DNA of 64,000 nucleotides from Alkalispirochaeta sp. (GCA_965601925.1 OZ271854.1:1472001-1536000); one strand, 5' to 3'; positions 27,531 through 38,204 are shown, counted from the first letter of the stretch. Numbers and translations: made by a program. Notes: generated by a model from the letters alone, not told the origin.

Positions 27531-29375
27531 TCAATCGTAATCGCCATCACAACCGTCCGGCAAGCGTCTGGGTACCCATGAGGCGACCACGATGCCGTCC
27601 GAGCTGGCTTTAGCGCGCCTCTTAATGAGGGATATCTCTCGCGCGAGCTCCAACATCGACAATGATGCGGCGTGGGGCGGGATCATGAGCACTGCGGCGC
27701 TTGCGGTAAGAAGGTCGAATCGCCGGTTCGTGCCGTCGCGATCCATCGCTTCGATGTACCCGCGCCTCACGTCGCGTTGGTCGTACACGCCTCTGACATC
27801 GTCGGTGAACTGCGACACGATACCGCGAACATCGTGCACCACACGCGCTAATGCCGCCTCGTCGCGCTCGAGGGCCAGAAAAAAATCGTCACCGCCGATG
27901 TGCGCCGCAAAATCGCCGACCGCGACGCTTCGAGTCTTGAGAATATCGGCAAACAGCTGAATCACACGGTCACCGACGCCAAATCCGTACGAATCGTTGA
28001 ACGGCTTAAAGGAGTCGAAATCGAAGTATACCAGCGCGTGCCATCGACACGTAGGTCGAAACGCCGTTGCCAGATGTTCGGCAATACTCGTATTGCCCGG
28101 CAGTCGCGAGAGGGGATTCTGATCGCGTGCGAAACTCAGTTCGCGCTCGTGGATGATCTGCAGCAATGGACGCGAGTCGAGGCATCCCAGATACTTGCCG
28201 TTCTCGGTAATGATGAGCGCTTCGGCGACGTCGTCGGAGGTTGCCAGTTCGAGAATACGATCGACGCGACTGTAAACCGACGCGATCGGAACGCGTTGCA
28301 CGTATCGGTACAGTCCGGAACCGTAAGAGCGGTTCATGAGCAGCGAGATACCGAACGGCGAGTATACATACTCCTTGAGGTCGTGCTCCCGCAACACTCC
28401 CACCGGCTCGCCGTGGCTGTTGACGACGGGAAGGAAACTCGCCTCCCGGTCGCGCCGAAACCGCCTGAGTACCTCCAGAACGGGCTCGTCCTGACGGATG
28501 GGCGGTATTCGGCGCAATCGATCGCGAAGTACGGCGGCGTCGCTTCGGTCCCGCCTGCGATCCTCGGCGGCGAGCTCATCGACGATCGGGTAGTGCGATC
28601 TCAGTTGCGCGACATCCAATTCGGGCTCACCGATGAGGTATCCTTGAATGTAATCGCACCCTATGTCGCGACACGTGTAGTACTCGGCAGGTTCTTCGAC
28701 TCCCTCGGCGACGACGCGGATTCCCATCGCGTGAGCCATGTTGACGAGATTTCGTACGAAGATACGCTTGGTTGCGTCGCGATCGATTCCCGATATGAAA
28801 AACCGATCCATCTTCACCACGTCGACTCCCGCCTGATAGAGAACCTGTAGTCCGCTGTATCCGGCGCCGAAATCGTCCAACGCCACCTGGATTCCCAGGC
28901 CGCGCAGTGCCGGCAGTTGTCCCGCGTCGTACGCCTGCTCCGGCAACGCGTTCTGCTCGGAAATCTCGAAGGTCACATTGTCCGTCGACAGTCCCGCGTT
29001 TCGTATCGAGGTAAGCAGCGCCCTGCATCCGTACTCTTGGAGAAAGACACGATTATCGAGGTTGAAAAACAAACGCTCCAGTCGCGTATCGTCGGACGCC
29101 GCCGGTGAACCGAGGTGAGCGATACCTTGGGTGAAAGCGTCGGCGGCGCGTTCCAGGAGCATTTGATTGACCTCGACGATGACGCCGTCTTCCGAGGCTC
29201 GATCGAAGAGATGGGGAATCGAGTCGAATCCGGCGCCGTTCCAGAAGCGAATTAACGCCTCAAACCCGACCGTCCGACCGCTCGAGGTGTTTACCACGGG
29301 CTGGAAGGCGTACTCCACTTCATCACAGATGGTGCGCCACGAGTCGAGAAGGTGCTCTTTTCGAACCAACGTCAT
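27531..29375 (-). CDS. EAL-CBS-GGDEF c-di-GMP signalling protein
   Basis: FEALIR, DDFGAGYS, AEGVE, CBS-like middle region, NPLSRLPGN, DFDSFKPFNDSYG, HIGGDDF. Confidence 0.9.
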   Translation of the reverse strand: MTLVRKEHLLDSWRTICDEVEYAFQPVVNTSSGRTVGFEALIRFWNGAGFDSIPHLFDRASEDGVIVEVNQMLLERAADAFTQGIAHLGSPAASDDTRLERLFFNLDNRVFLQEYGCRALLTSIRNAGLSTDNVTFEISEQNALPEQAYDAGQLPALRGLGIQVALDDFGAGYSGLQVLYQAGVDVVKMDRFFISGIDRDATKRIFVRNLVNMAHAMGIRVVAEGVEEPAEYYTCRDIGCDYIQGYLIGEPELDVAQLRSHYPIVDELAAEDRRRDRSDAAVLRDRLRRIPPIRQDEPVLEVLRRFRRDREASFLPVVNSHGEPVGVLREHDLKEYVYSPFGISLLMNRSYGSGLYRYVQRVPIASVYSRVDRILELATSDDVAEALIITENGKYLGCLDSRPLLQIIHERELSFARDQNPLSRLPGNTSIAEHLATAFRPTCRWHALVYFDFDSFKPFNDSYGFGVGDRVIQLFADILKTRSVAVGDFAAHIGGDDFFLALERDEAALARVVHDVRGIVSQFTDDVRGVYDQRDVRRGYIEAMDRDGTNRRFDLLTASAAVLMIPPHAASLSMLELAREISLIKRRAKASSDGIVVASWVPRRLPDGCDGDYD

Positions 29376-29472
29376 CAGCACACCGGGACCGTATGATGAA
29401 GTGGTTAGAATTTCATGAAAAGCGACAATGCGCGCCGTTGCCAAATCGTCCGCGATTGAGTATCTCAAACGT

Positions 29473-29916
29473 ATGGTGACGTGGAACGATATAGAGACGA
29501 TGACCCGCACAGGCAATCCCGAGCCGGATCGACGGGTCGAGAAGAGTGACGCAGAGTGGAAAGCGACGCTTACCGCCGAGCAGTATCAGATAACGCGTCT
29601 ACGGGGCACCGAGCGCCCCTTCAGCTCGGAAATGTGCAGTCGGTTCGAGCCGGGGATCTACGCGTGCGTATCGTGCGGCACACGGTTATTCGACGCCGAT
29701 ACCAAATACGAATCCCACTCCGGGTGGCCGTCCTTCACGCAACCTATCGCGCCGAACGTCGTCGCGTATCACGCGGATCGCTCCCACGGCATGGTGCGCG
29801 TGGAGACGACGTGCAGCGTGTGCGACGCGCATTTGGGACACGTCTTTCCGGACGGCCCGCAGCCGACCGGGCTCAGATACTGCATGAACGCAATCGCGCT
29901 CAAGAAGGTCGAATAG
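29473..29916 (+). CDS. msrB: Peptide-methionine (R)-S-oxide reductase
   Basis: GTERPF, CxxC pairs, SGWPSF, HLGHVFPDGP, RYCMN. Confidence 0.95.
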   Translation: MVTWNDIETMTRTGNPEPDRRVEKSDAEWKATLTAEQYQITRLRGTERPFSSEMCSRFEPGIYACVSCGTRLFDADTKYESHSGWPSFTQPIAPNVVAYHADRSHGMVRVETTCSVCDAHLGHVFPDGPQPTGLRYCMNAIALKKVE

Positions 29917-29936
29917 GCGCGAGATATCCGTCGGAC

Positions 29937-31484
29937 TTACTCGGACACGACGACTCGCATCGTCGCGTCGTGACGCGCGGATGACCGGTTTATCTCCCAA
30001 CGGACCGAGCAGACCGTGGAGAGAAACCGCTCGTCGTGGCTCACCAGTAGCAACGCACCACGATAACCGGTCAACGCCTCCTCCAGGACGCGAATGGCGT
30101 CCAAGTCGAGGTGATTGGTGGGCTCATCGAGTACTATCAGCTCGGGCTCGGACTCGAGGGCCGACGCCAGCATCAACTTTCGCGCCTCGCCCGGACTCAG
30201 CTCCGCCGAGTCCAGGAGCCGATCGGGGTTGGATCCAAGACGGCTGAATCTCGACAAGACCGCGCCCCGAAGCGCAGGAGATAGATCTCGGCACCGCTGG
30301 AGAAGGTCGCGCCCGGTCGCGACCGTGAGTTCCTGCGGCATATACAACAACGACGGCGCACCGGCCGACGAGTCGGCGTTGCGGCTCAACAGATGGGTCA
30401 ACAACGTACTCTTGCCGCTCCCGTTCGGGCCCGACAGCCCGACGCGGTCGGCCCCTCCTATTGCCGCCTCCGGGACATCGAGATACCGCCCGTCCCCCAA
30501 AGGTAGACGCGCCGCCGGTGTAGCGAGAAGTGTGTCACGGCGGCTCGTGCGACCCTCAACGGTGATGCCTCTCTTGGCCGGTCCCGTCCCGGAGTCGGCC
30601 GCGGAGGCCTCAGCATCGTTCCGCCTGTGGGCGAGGGCGCGTAACCGTCCGTCCAGCTGGCTTTGAAGCCGTCCGGCTTGTCCGTCCTTTCCCGTAAGGA
30701 TGGCCAGCCCGATCCGTGCGCGTCCGTCGCGGTCGCCGGGAGCGAGGTCGCGTTTGCTACGCTTGTGCAGTTGACGCGAGGCCTCCTCGCGACGACGTCG
30801 ATACTCCGCGCGGAGACGTTCCTCCTCTCGGAATGCGTCGCGCGCCGCTTTACGCGCAGAGTCGCGTTCCCGATCCTCCTCTGCAAGACCGTCGGTGACA
30901 CCTCCTGGGCGGAGGCGTACAGCGGCGGGACCCCGTACGAACAGGCACGCGCGGCACAACGTATCCAGCATCTCGCGGTCGTGACTCACAATGATGCCGG
31001 TACCCTCGTATCGCCTGAGGGCGTCGATGATACGTCGGCGACTCGCACGGTCCAGATGGTTTCCCGGTTCGTCGAGGAGGAGTACCGAGGAGTCGTGCCA
31101 TAGGGCGACTGCGAGTTGCGCACGCTTGCGCTCCCCGTGACTCAACGTCTCCCAGCGCCACGGCCAATCGTCCCCGACGCCGAGGATCGAGCGCACGCGC
31201 CCCGCGGCGGCGCCGGGCGCCCAAAGTAGCTCATCCAACCCGACGGGCGCGCTATCGGTGCGCTGCTCGAGAAGTTCGACCGACCCGTGTGTGGTGACAA
31301 CTCCGGATTGGGGAGCGAGCTCTCCGGCAAAAAGGCGTAGGAGCGTCGACTTACCGACACCGTTGGTCCCGACGATGCCGGTCCATCCCGGCTTCAAGTG
31401 CAGACTGACACCGGAGAAGAGCTCTTGGGGGCTATCGGGATACGAGAAAACGAGCGATTGAACGATAACGGCACTGCGATCCAT
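29937..31484 (-). CDS. ABC-F family ribosome-associated ATPase
   Basis: Two ABC domains (GTNGVGKST/LSHGE/LLLDEP and GPNGSGKST/LSPGE/LDEPTNHLD), helical linker, no TM segments. Confidence 0.9.
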   Translation of the reverse strand: MDRSAVIVQSLVFSYPDSPQELFSGVSLHLKPGWTGIVGTNGVGKSTLLRLFAGELAPQSGVVTTHGSVELLEQRTDSAPVGLDELLWAPGAAAGRVRSILGVGDDWPWRWETLSHGERKRAQLAVALWHDSSVLLLDEPGNHLDRASRRRIIDALRRYEGTGIIVSHDREMLDTLCRACLFVRGPAAVRLRPGGVTDGLAEEDRERDSARKAARDAFREEERLRAEYRRRREEASRQLHKRSKRDLAPGDRDGRARIGLAILTGKDGQAGRLQSQLDGRLRALAHRRNDAEASAADSGTGPAKRGITVEGRTSRRDTLLATPAARLPLGDGRYLDVPEAAIGGADRVGLSGPNGSGKSTLLTHLLSRNADSSAGAPSLLYMPQELTVATGRDLLQRCRDLSPALRGAVLSRFSRLGSNPDRLLDSAELSPGEARKLMLASALESEPELIVLDEPTNHLDLDAIRVLEEALTGYRGALLLVSHDERFLSTVCSVRWEINRSSARHDATMRVVVSE

Positions 31485-31499
31485 GCATCCTCCTCGCGG

Positions 31500-31720
31500 G
31501 AGGCCCCACAGCGGCGCCGTCTTTCGAAACCATCGAAAGGCGCTGTAATCGTTCGGTCCGGAACATCCACTACGGGATTGCCGAACGATGTAGTGATCAC
31601 ACAGTAATCACGACAAACGGCGCAAGCGGGGCGTCGGACAGAACTCGATCGGAGAGAAACATATCGGTTGACATGTATGGCCCGATCTTAGTTCCGAAAC
31701 ACTCCCGCTTACTCCTTTGA
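31500..31720 (-). promoter_or_regulatory. Structured 5' leader with candidate uORFs upstream of the ABC-F gene
   Basis: AAAGGAG-9 nt-GTG TTT CGG AAC TAA (31702-31688); 25-aa uORF at 31674-31597; hairpins ATCGTTCGG/CCGAACGAT and ACAGCG..CTTTCGA/TCGAAAG..CGCTGT. Confidence 0.5.
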
Positions 31721-31889
31721 TGAATATGATGGGCTAAATCATATCGTCGCTCGACGACCTCGACAAGCGGCAACCGTGCGTTTACGGCGACCTGACGCGT
31801 CCTCGCTCCGCCGAGGGAGCCTAAACGGAATAGCCGGTTACTTCAAAAAAAAATAGCTTTGCGACCGACTCAATGCGTATCATATTTCC

Positions 31890-33221
31890 GTGACCAATAC
31901 ACTACTATCGGGGCTGAGCAAACGGCTCGCTCGGACCAATGCGGTACGGTTAGTTTCTCTCGGGTATCTCACCTACATCGTCGTCGGCCTGCTGCTCCTC
32001 TCTTTGCCCTTCGCGCAGCGAGTCTCCGTCGCGAGCATCGACAATCTCTTTATCGCCGCCAGCGCGGTATCGACCACGGGGCTGGTTACCGTCGGCGTCT
32101 CGAACAGCTACACCTTCTTCGGTCAGTTGGTCGTTCTGATTCTGATACAACTCGGTGGAATCGGATACATGACTTTCGGTTCGTTCGTGTTGCTGAGTCG
32201 CCGCACCGCCCTTACAGAGACCAACATCGAGGTGGGCAAGACGGTCTTTGCGATTCCGGCCGACTTTCGTATCGACAAGTTCATCAAGAGTGTCATCGGA
32301 TTCACATTGATAACCGAGACGCTGGGGGCGATTGCGTTGGTTCCCATCCTAATACGTCACGGTGTGGAAAACCCGGTGTGGAACGCCGTGTTTCATAGCA
32401 TTTCCGCCTTCTGTACCGCCGGATTCAGCCTCTTCGATACCAGTTTCGAGGCCTTTGCCGGCGATTTCTGGCTCAATGCGGTGATCGGGCTGTTGAGCAT
32501 AGCGGGAGCGCTCGGATTCATCGTGTACGTCGACATTTGGCGCGGATTGCGAGGTAAGCGCGAACGGGCTACCATGACGACCCACGTTATTGTCCGCGCG
32601 ACGCTGTTGTTTATGGCCGTCGCGGCGGTGTTGCTCTTTGCTATCGACACCTTCGACGCGACAAGGCCGGAGGAGCGCATACTCATGAGCTTTTTTCAAT
32701 CCATGACCGCCCTGACCACCGTAGGGTTCAACACCGTACCCATTGCCGAGCTCTCCGGCGCGGCGCTACTCATTGTCATCGTACTGATGTTGATCGGTGC
32801 GTCACCCTCGGGGACAGGAGGCGGTATCAAGGTAACGACCGTAACCGCGCTCGTCTCCACGGCGAGGGCAACCTTGCGCAAACGTATCGAAGTGACGTGG
32901 CGCGGCAATGTCATTCCGCCGCAACGGGTCCAAACCGCCTACGGAATCGTCGTGTGCTATCTGGCGGTTATGACGTTCGGAACCTTTCTCCTGTTGCTTA
33001 CCGAAGGTGGCGATTTTGTGGAAATCCTCTTTGAGGCGGCCTCGGCTCTGGGTACGGTGGGACTGAGCATGGGCATCACCGGCGATCTTACCGATCTGGG
33101 GAAACTCGTGGTCATAGCCATGATGTATCTGGGACGCGTGGGCGTGCTCACCTTTGGCATGGCGCTTTACGTACGGTCCGAGTTGATTTTCGACGACGAA
33201 AAGACCGATCTCGTTGTGTGA
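31890..33221 (+). CDS. ktrB: Trk/Ktr potassium uptake membrane subunit (KtrB/TrkH family)
   Basis: SAVSTTGL, LIQLGGIG, SAFCTAGF, TTVGFNT, IGASPSGTGGGIKVTT, SALGTVGLSMG, YLGRVG. Confidence 0.9.
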   Translation: MTNTLLSGLSKRLARTNAVRLVSLGYLTYIVVGLLLLSLPFAQRVSVASIDNLFIAASAVSTTGLVTVGVSNSYTFFGQLVVLILIQLGGIGYMTFGSFVLLSRRTALTETNIEVGKTVFAIPADFRIDKFIKSVIGFTLITETLGAIALVPILIRHGVENPVWNAVFHSISAFCTAGFSLFDTSFEAFAGDFWLNAVIGLLSIAGALGFIVYVDIWRGLRGKRERATMTTHVIVRATLLFMAVAAVLLFAIDTFDATRPEERILMSFFQSMTALTTVGFNTVPIAELSGAALLIVIVLMLIGASPSGTGGGIKVTTVTALVSTARATLRKRIEVTWRGNVIPPQRVQTAYGIVVCYLAVMTFGTFLLLLTEGGDFVEILFEAASALGTVGLSMGITGDLTDLGKLVVIAMMYLGRVGVLTFGMALYVRSELIFDDEKTDLVV

Positions 33222-33379
33222 TACGGGCGTCCGATCGGTACAAACACCGCACGAGCCGCGTCACAAACAACTCCACAAAACGGAAGAGCCGCGCTCCGGC
33301 ACATCGGATACGCACGGCTCACATCGAAGCGATCCTCGAAACGCAGAGTCGCGCTCCGGCGACCAATGAACCGTGCGCG

Positions 33380-34045
33380 CTACTGCATTCGCACGCGAAT
33401 CAGCAGTGCGACGCGCCGGTTGCGGGTGCGTCCGGCCGTCGTAGCGTTGGTGGCGATCGGTGAGCTCGCTCCACGGCCGACGGTCGTCATTGCCGAACGC
33501 GGGATGTCGAAGTTGTCCGCCAGGTGCGCCGCGGTGTTGACGGCGCGGCCGCGGGAGATTGGACCGTGGTTGGCGGGGTCCCCCACGTCGGCGACGTGAC
33601 CTTCGATTGCAATGGAGTCCACCTCGACTAAGGTCAACACTTCGCCGATGAGATCGAGATACGTTGGAAGCGCTCCGGCGACGGCGGCGTCATTAGGAGC
33701 GAACGCGCTGGTAATCACGATGTCGACTCCGCCGGAGACAACGGTTACCGTTACATCCTCATAGGCATCGAGCCGACGAACCAACTCCTCTACCTCGGCA
33801 CGAACCGCCGTTTGCGGATCAACCGGTTCGACGACCGGCTCCGGCGCCGGCTCGGGTTCCGCTTCGACGACGAGCTCAACGTCGGCTTCCGGCTCTTGCG
33901 GAGTCGCTTCGGGCTCTTCCTGGACCGCGGCCTGCGGCTCCTCGGTCGGTTCCGGCTCGCTGATCGCTTCGGGTGCGGTGGCGCACGCGACAAAAAAGAG
34001 AGTTATAAACATTATTAAAGAGAAACGATGGAAAGTATTCTGCAT
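33380..34045 (-). CDS. OmpA-like peptidoglycan-binding domain lipoprotein
   Basis: FVAC lipobox, EP-rich linker, IEGHVA, SRGRA, GRTRNRRV. Confidence 0.85.
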   Translation of the reverse strand: MQNTFHRFSLIMFITLFFVACATAPEAISEPEPTEEPQAAVQEEPEATPQEPEADVELVVEAEPEPAPEPVVEPVDPQTAVRAEVEELVRRLDAYEDVTVTVVSGGVDIVITSAFAPNDAAVAGALPTYLDLIGEVLTLVEVDSIAIEGHVADVGDPANHGPISRGRAVNTAAHLADNFDIPRSAMTTVGRGASSPIATNATTAGRTRNRRVALLIRVRMQ

Positions 34046-34184
34046 GTGTGTCTCCCTTCACCCGCAATGTATCTCACTATCGCGAGATTCCACGGCCGGG
34101 AGACTCCAAGGCTTCATTATCGATACCTCCGCCTCACGCCGCCCGTTTATGCGCAACGGCGAATGGTGCGGAGACGCGGCCGTA

Positions 34185-35408
34185 TCAGAATCGTGTCCGC
34201 GCGCCCAACTCCACAACCATCCCGTCGCGTATGAGGCCGAACTCGGAATCGGCAACTCCGCGATTCCAGGTTACGGCGACCGATACATCGACGATCGGTA
34301 TGCCGAGAAACGTCACGTGATGCTCGAAGATGCCGCTCTCATCGACGAGATTGAATAGCGCGCTGTGCTCGGTACTCCACGAGTCGGTAAACCGGGCGTA
34401 TATCGTAGCCGCGGCGTAGTGGCGATCGGGCCGTGTGAATCCCCCGGCGAAATCGGAGGTTACCAGGAGGGAGGAGCTCGCGATCCCGGGATAGTGCTCC
34501 TCGAGACCGTTGTATAGGTACTCCGTCGCAATCGATACGTCGGCGCGATCGGCCGACCGCACGTACTCCGCCCCGATGCTCCCGATGATCTGGGTGTCGA
34601 GGCGCTCGCCGCGCGGATCGTAGGCCTCGACGGCAACTTCACCGTAGGCGCGAATCGGGCCGATCGGAATGCCGAGGCCCGCTCCGGGGCGAAGCATCGT
34701 GCGATCCTGATAGACAACCGAGGCGATCGTGTCCACCGACGCGACGCGGGCGGTTCCGTAGGCCGCGTATCGTACATCGTCGATGTCGCCCGTATCGACG
34801 GCGTTCTGAAGCGCGGCGGCGAGCCTGAGAGAGACGGCGGGATGAATCGTAAGACTCGCTGCAGCTCCGTCGAATCCCGGACGTTCGTCGTTATCCGAGC
34901 TTTGGGGATGCAGCGCGTCGGTAGCCGAAAAGGTCGATCCGAGCCCCCAGTCGAATCGTTGCCGCCCCAGGCGAAACTCGACGCCGGGATGCAACGGGAG
35001 CCCGACATAGGCCCTGTACAGCTCATGAGAGAGCTCGATGGTCGTCGAATCCGCGCCGCCGGTGCCCGCAGTTCCAGTTTCCAACCCGTCGCCATCGCTC
35101 GCGGTAGCATCTGTGGGCGCCGTACCGATGAGGGCGTGATCGACGAATACCCGCACCCGTTCGCCGGAAAGCAGGTGGGTGGCCTCAAACTGCGTGAGCC
35201 CCGAGACGGTCCACTCGCCGCGTTCCTCGGGATCCGCGACGACGACGCTGTCTTTGCGATAGGCGCCGACGGCGCGCAACTCCAATGCGCCGTCAAACTC
35301 GTACTCCTGGGCCGACACGGTACCGCCGGTCGCAAGAACACACAGCGCCGCTATCGCCGGTAGGATACGAGATAGGAGGGCGAGAACCGAACCGATGCGT
35401 CCGACCAT
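34185..35408 (-). CDS. Putative outer-membrane beta-barrel protein
   Basis: AAGGAG RBS, signal peptide, LYRAYV, LGRQRFDWG, amphipathic strands, terminal Phe (GARTRF). Confidence 0.7.
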   Translation of the reverse strand: MVGRIGSVLALLSRILPAIAALCVLATGGTVSAQEYEFDGALELRAVGAYRKDSVVVADPEERGEWTVSGLTQFEATHLLSGERVRVFVDHALIGTAPTDATASDGDGLETGTAGTGGADSTTIELSHELYRAYVGLPLHPGVEFRLGRQRFDWGLGSTFSATDALHPQSSDNDERPGFDGAAASLTIHPAVSLRLAAALQNAVDTGDIDDVRYAAYGTARVASVDTIASVVYQDRTMLRPGAGLGIPIGPIRAYGEVAVEAYDPRGERLDTQIIGSIGAEYVRSADRADVSIATEYLYNGLEEHYPGIASSSLLVTSDFAGGFTRPDRHYAAATIYARFTDSWSTEHSALFNLVDESGIFEHHVTFLGIPIVDVSVAVTWNRGVADSEFGLIRDGMVVELGARTRF

Positions 35409-35559
35409 GCGGGGTGCTCCTTGGTGTGGGAGTGTCACCGCGCTCCCACCGTAGATATCCCACAAAGCTGCCCGAGACCGCCCGAGGAGGTCAACTCTCC
35501 CGGAGCCGATATTCACGTCCGCTCCTTGCCCGGTGAGGAAACTGCTCGGATTGAGACGG

Positions 35560-37356
35560 TTACGGCTCACCCACCGACTGATCATCCGCGAGATCACGAT
35601 AGAAGTTCCGGAGTACGTAATAGGCCGCCTTGCGAGTCCGCTTGTCCTCAGCCAAGAGACCCTTGCGATTGTACCCGCGCTGAAAGGCGTTCGTGCGCCG
35701 GGGACAGCGAAAGTCGAAGAGAATCCACGGCGAGACCCCCTTGAGATAGGAGATGGTCTTGAAAATCTCGACCTGACGGTCGTAGATGTAGCGCTGTCGG
35801 TCCTCGGTAAAGAACTCGTCCACCGATCCTCGATGCCCCGCCAGCGCCCCACCGCCGAACTCCGTGATAAAGACCGGCTTGTCGGGATCACTGTTTCGGA
35901 AAAATGCCGGCAGCTTGTCGTAGTCCGGGTCGTACCATCCGAAGTACTCGTTGATGCCGATAATGTCCAACTCCTCCGCGAGACGATCCTCGATGCGATT
36001 CTCCACGTGGTTTACCAGACATGCGGCGGAGACGGGCCGCGTGCCGTCGGCCACACGCGCCTTCCGCACCAGATCGGTCATGAAAGCGAGGCGCTCGTCG
36101 GTGTCCGGGTTTTCGTTCCCCACCGACCAGATAACGACGCTGGCACGGTTCCGATCGCGCGCGATAAGCTCTCCGAGTTGATTGGCCGCGTCCTTGTACG
36201 TCTCGGGATCGCGAAAGGCGATGGCCCAATAGACGGGTATCTCCGCCCAGAGCATGATTCCCATCTCATCGGCGAGCTCGGCAGTACGGCGGGAATGGGG
36301 ATAGTGGGCGAGGCGCATATAGTTGCAACCCAGCTCACGGGCGGTCTCCAAGTCGTGACGAACTTCGGTTTCGCTCAGATACTTGCCCCCCGAGAGCCCG
36401 TCCTCGTGGCACGCCACGCCGCGAAAAAAGATGCGCTCTCCGTTCAACAGTACGTCGGTGCCGTCCACACGGATCTCGCGGAATCCGATACGCTCTACGA
36501 CGCGATCCTCCCCGAGAGTGATCTCTACATTGTAAAGTTTGGGACTCTCGGGACTCCAGAGCTCGGGGTGCGCGGAGATCTCCGTCTCGCCTCTCCCGTC
36601 GACGACCGGTATCGTAGTCGCGACTCCCAGCTCCGGAATCGCGATGCGGACCTCCGACGAGTCGCCCCTACCGGCGGACTCGATCGAAACGGCTATCGTG
36701 GAAAACGTACCGTCCGGCGCGAGGTGCACGCGATAGTTTTTGATAAACTGTTGCGGTACACGCACGATCTCCACGTCGCGGTAGATACCGCCGTAGTTAA
36801 ACCAGTCGGTATTGCTCATGGGAACGTGCCGATCGTCCCGGGTGTTGTCCACGACCACGAGTATGCGGTTGTCCACGGCAAGGAGGTCGGTGACCTCAAC
36901 GCTGAAGGGCGTCGATCCGCCGAAGTGGACGCCTACGTACTCCCGGTTGAGAAAGACATAGGCGCGATACTGGACGGCGCCGAAGTTGATGAATACCCGC
37001 TCCCCGACTCTCCTCTCCATTCGAAAGGTCCGCGTAAAGGCGATATGCCCCTCGTATAGAAAGAGACGCTCGGCGACGGTGTTCCAACTTGTGGGGATCG
37101 TCATCTCCTCCCAGGCGTCAAAATCGTAGTCCGGCGGTATCGGACGCCCGTCGAGCTCCTCTACCTCCTTGTACCACGCAGCGCGCAAGCTCGTGGCGTA
37201 CTGATCTACGGCATAGCGCCACACGCCGTTGAGACTCTCGGTGCGGCGACCGCCCGACGCGACGTATCCCTCCGCGGTGAAGCGCACGGCGTGATAGGCC
37301 TCATGCCAGTCGTAGTTGTGAATGTGCTCGATGTAATTCTTCGGCTCTCCGGCCAT
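35560..37356 (-). CDS. Glycoside hydrolase family 2, beta-glucuronidase-like
   Basis: DWFNYGGIYRDV, RLAHYP, WSVGNE, NEYFGWY, ITEFG, and the NxKG motif (YNRKGL). Confidence 0.88.
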   Translation of the reverse strand: MAGEPKNYIEHIHNYDWHEAYHAVRFTAEGYVASGGRRTESLNGVWRYAVDQYATSLRAAWYKEVEELDGRPIPPDYDFDAWEEMTIPTSWNTVAERLFLYEGHIAFTRTFRMERRVGERVFINFGAVQYRAYVFLNREYVGVHFGGSTPFSVEVTDLLAVDNRILVVVDNTRDDRHVPMSNTDWFNYGGIYRDVEIVRVPQQFIKNYRVHLAPDGTFSTIAVSIESAGRGDSSEVRIAIPELGVATTIPVVDGRGETEISAHPELWSPESPKLYNVEITLGEDRVVERIGFREIRVDGTDVLLNGERIFFRGVACHEDGLSGGKYLSETEVRHDLETARELGCNYMRLAHYPHSRRTAELADEMGIMLWAEIPVYWAIAFRDPETYKDAANQLGELIARDRNRASVVIWSVGNENPDTDERLAFMTDLVRKARVADGTRPVSAACLVNHVENRIEDRLAEELDIIGINEYFGWYDPDYDKLPAFFRNSDPDKPVFITEFGGGALAGHRGSVDEFFTEDRQRYIYDRQVEIFKTISYLKGVSPWILFDFRCPRRTNAFQRGYNRKGLLAEDKRTRKAAYYVLRNFYRDLADDQSVGEP

Positions 37357-37373
37357 CGTAGTCCTCCCTTCGA

Positions 37374-38204
37374 TTATCCCTTGAGTCCGGTCGTCACCAT
37401 ACCGTGGATGAAGTGACGCTGCGCCGCAAAGAAGACGACCATGACCGGAATGATCGATATGAGCGACGCCGCCATCTGTGGGCCGTACTCTATGTTGTAC
37501 TGGGTTACGAAATCGGCCATACCAAGGGGGAGCGTCTTGAGCCGCGGACTAATGAGATAGATGAGGGGGGTGAAGAAGTCGTTCCAAAAGAAGCGAAATG
37601 AGAAGATCACCACCGTGGCCAACACCGGCTTGGAGAGGGGAAGCATGATCCGCGCGAAGAGCGTGTACTCCGACGCACCGTCGATCCTCGCCGCCTCCAA
37701 CAGCGAGTCGGGAATGGTCATGAAAAACTGTCGCACCATGAAGGTGCCGAACGCGGTAAAGGCGGAGACGAGAATCACCGCCGCGTGAGAGTCGAAGAGG
37801 CCTAAGGTCCGCACGACGACGAACTGGGGAATGATGATCGCGTGGCCGGGAATCATGAACGTTGCAACGTAGGTGAGAAAGAGTGCCGTCCTCCCTCGCC
37901 AGTGAAGCTTAGAAAAGGCGTAGGCGGCGGTCGTGGCGGTCAGAAGCTGCAGTACGACGATGATACCGGTCACCCGAAATGAGTTGTAGATGTAACGCGG
38001 AAAGTTGGCCCGGAGGTCGACAAAGTTCTCCAGAGTCGGGGTTTCGGGAACGATCGTCATCGGAAAGCGTACGATCTCGCTCTCGGTCTTGAACGCCGAG
38101 GTGGCGATCACCACCAGAGGAAAGAGCACCACGAGGGCGACGAGGATGAGCAGTGCATAGTAGCCGACCAACGCGGGGGTAGAGAGTGTGTTACGCGATG
38201 TCAT
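37374..38204 (-). CDS. Carbohydrate ABC transporter permease
   Basis: IPDSLLEAARIDGA, WNDFFTPL, ends GLKG. Confidence 0.93.
   Translation of the reverse strand: MTSRNTLSTPALVGYYALLILVALVVLFPLVVIATSAFKTESEIVRFPMTIVPETPTLENFVDLRANFPRYIYNSFRVTGIIVVLQLLTATTAAYAFSKLHWRGRTALFLTYVATFMIPGHAIIIPQFVVVRTLGLFDSHAAVILVSAFTAFGTFMVRQFFMTIPDSLLEAARIDGASEYTLFARIMLPLSKPVLATVVIFSFRFFWNDFFTPLIYLISPRLKTLPLGMADFVTQYNIEYGPQMAASLISIIPVMVVFFAAQRHFIHGMVTTGLKG

Noticed and set aside
31760..31860. Riboswitch upstream of ktrB
   Set aside because: The context is suggestive, but I found no recognisable c-di-AMP or c-di-GMP consensus, and the gene appears leaderless.
33285..33360. 16-bp direct repeat AGAGYCGCGCTCCGGC at 60-bp spacing between convergent genes
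   Set aside because: Only two copies are present and I saw none elsewhere, which is not enough to call an array.
35533..37059. Long antisense ORFs (508 aa here; also 6171-7406, 12629-13879, 40979-42259, 52714-53949 and 60459-61736)
   Set aside because: They are shadow frames opposite well-supported genes, as expected in GC-rich DNA, and carry no recognisable motifs.
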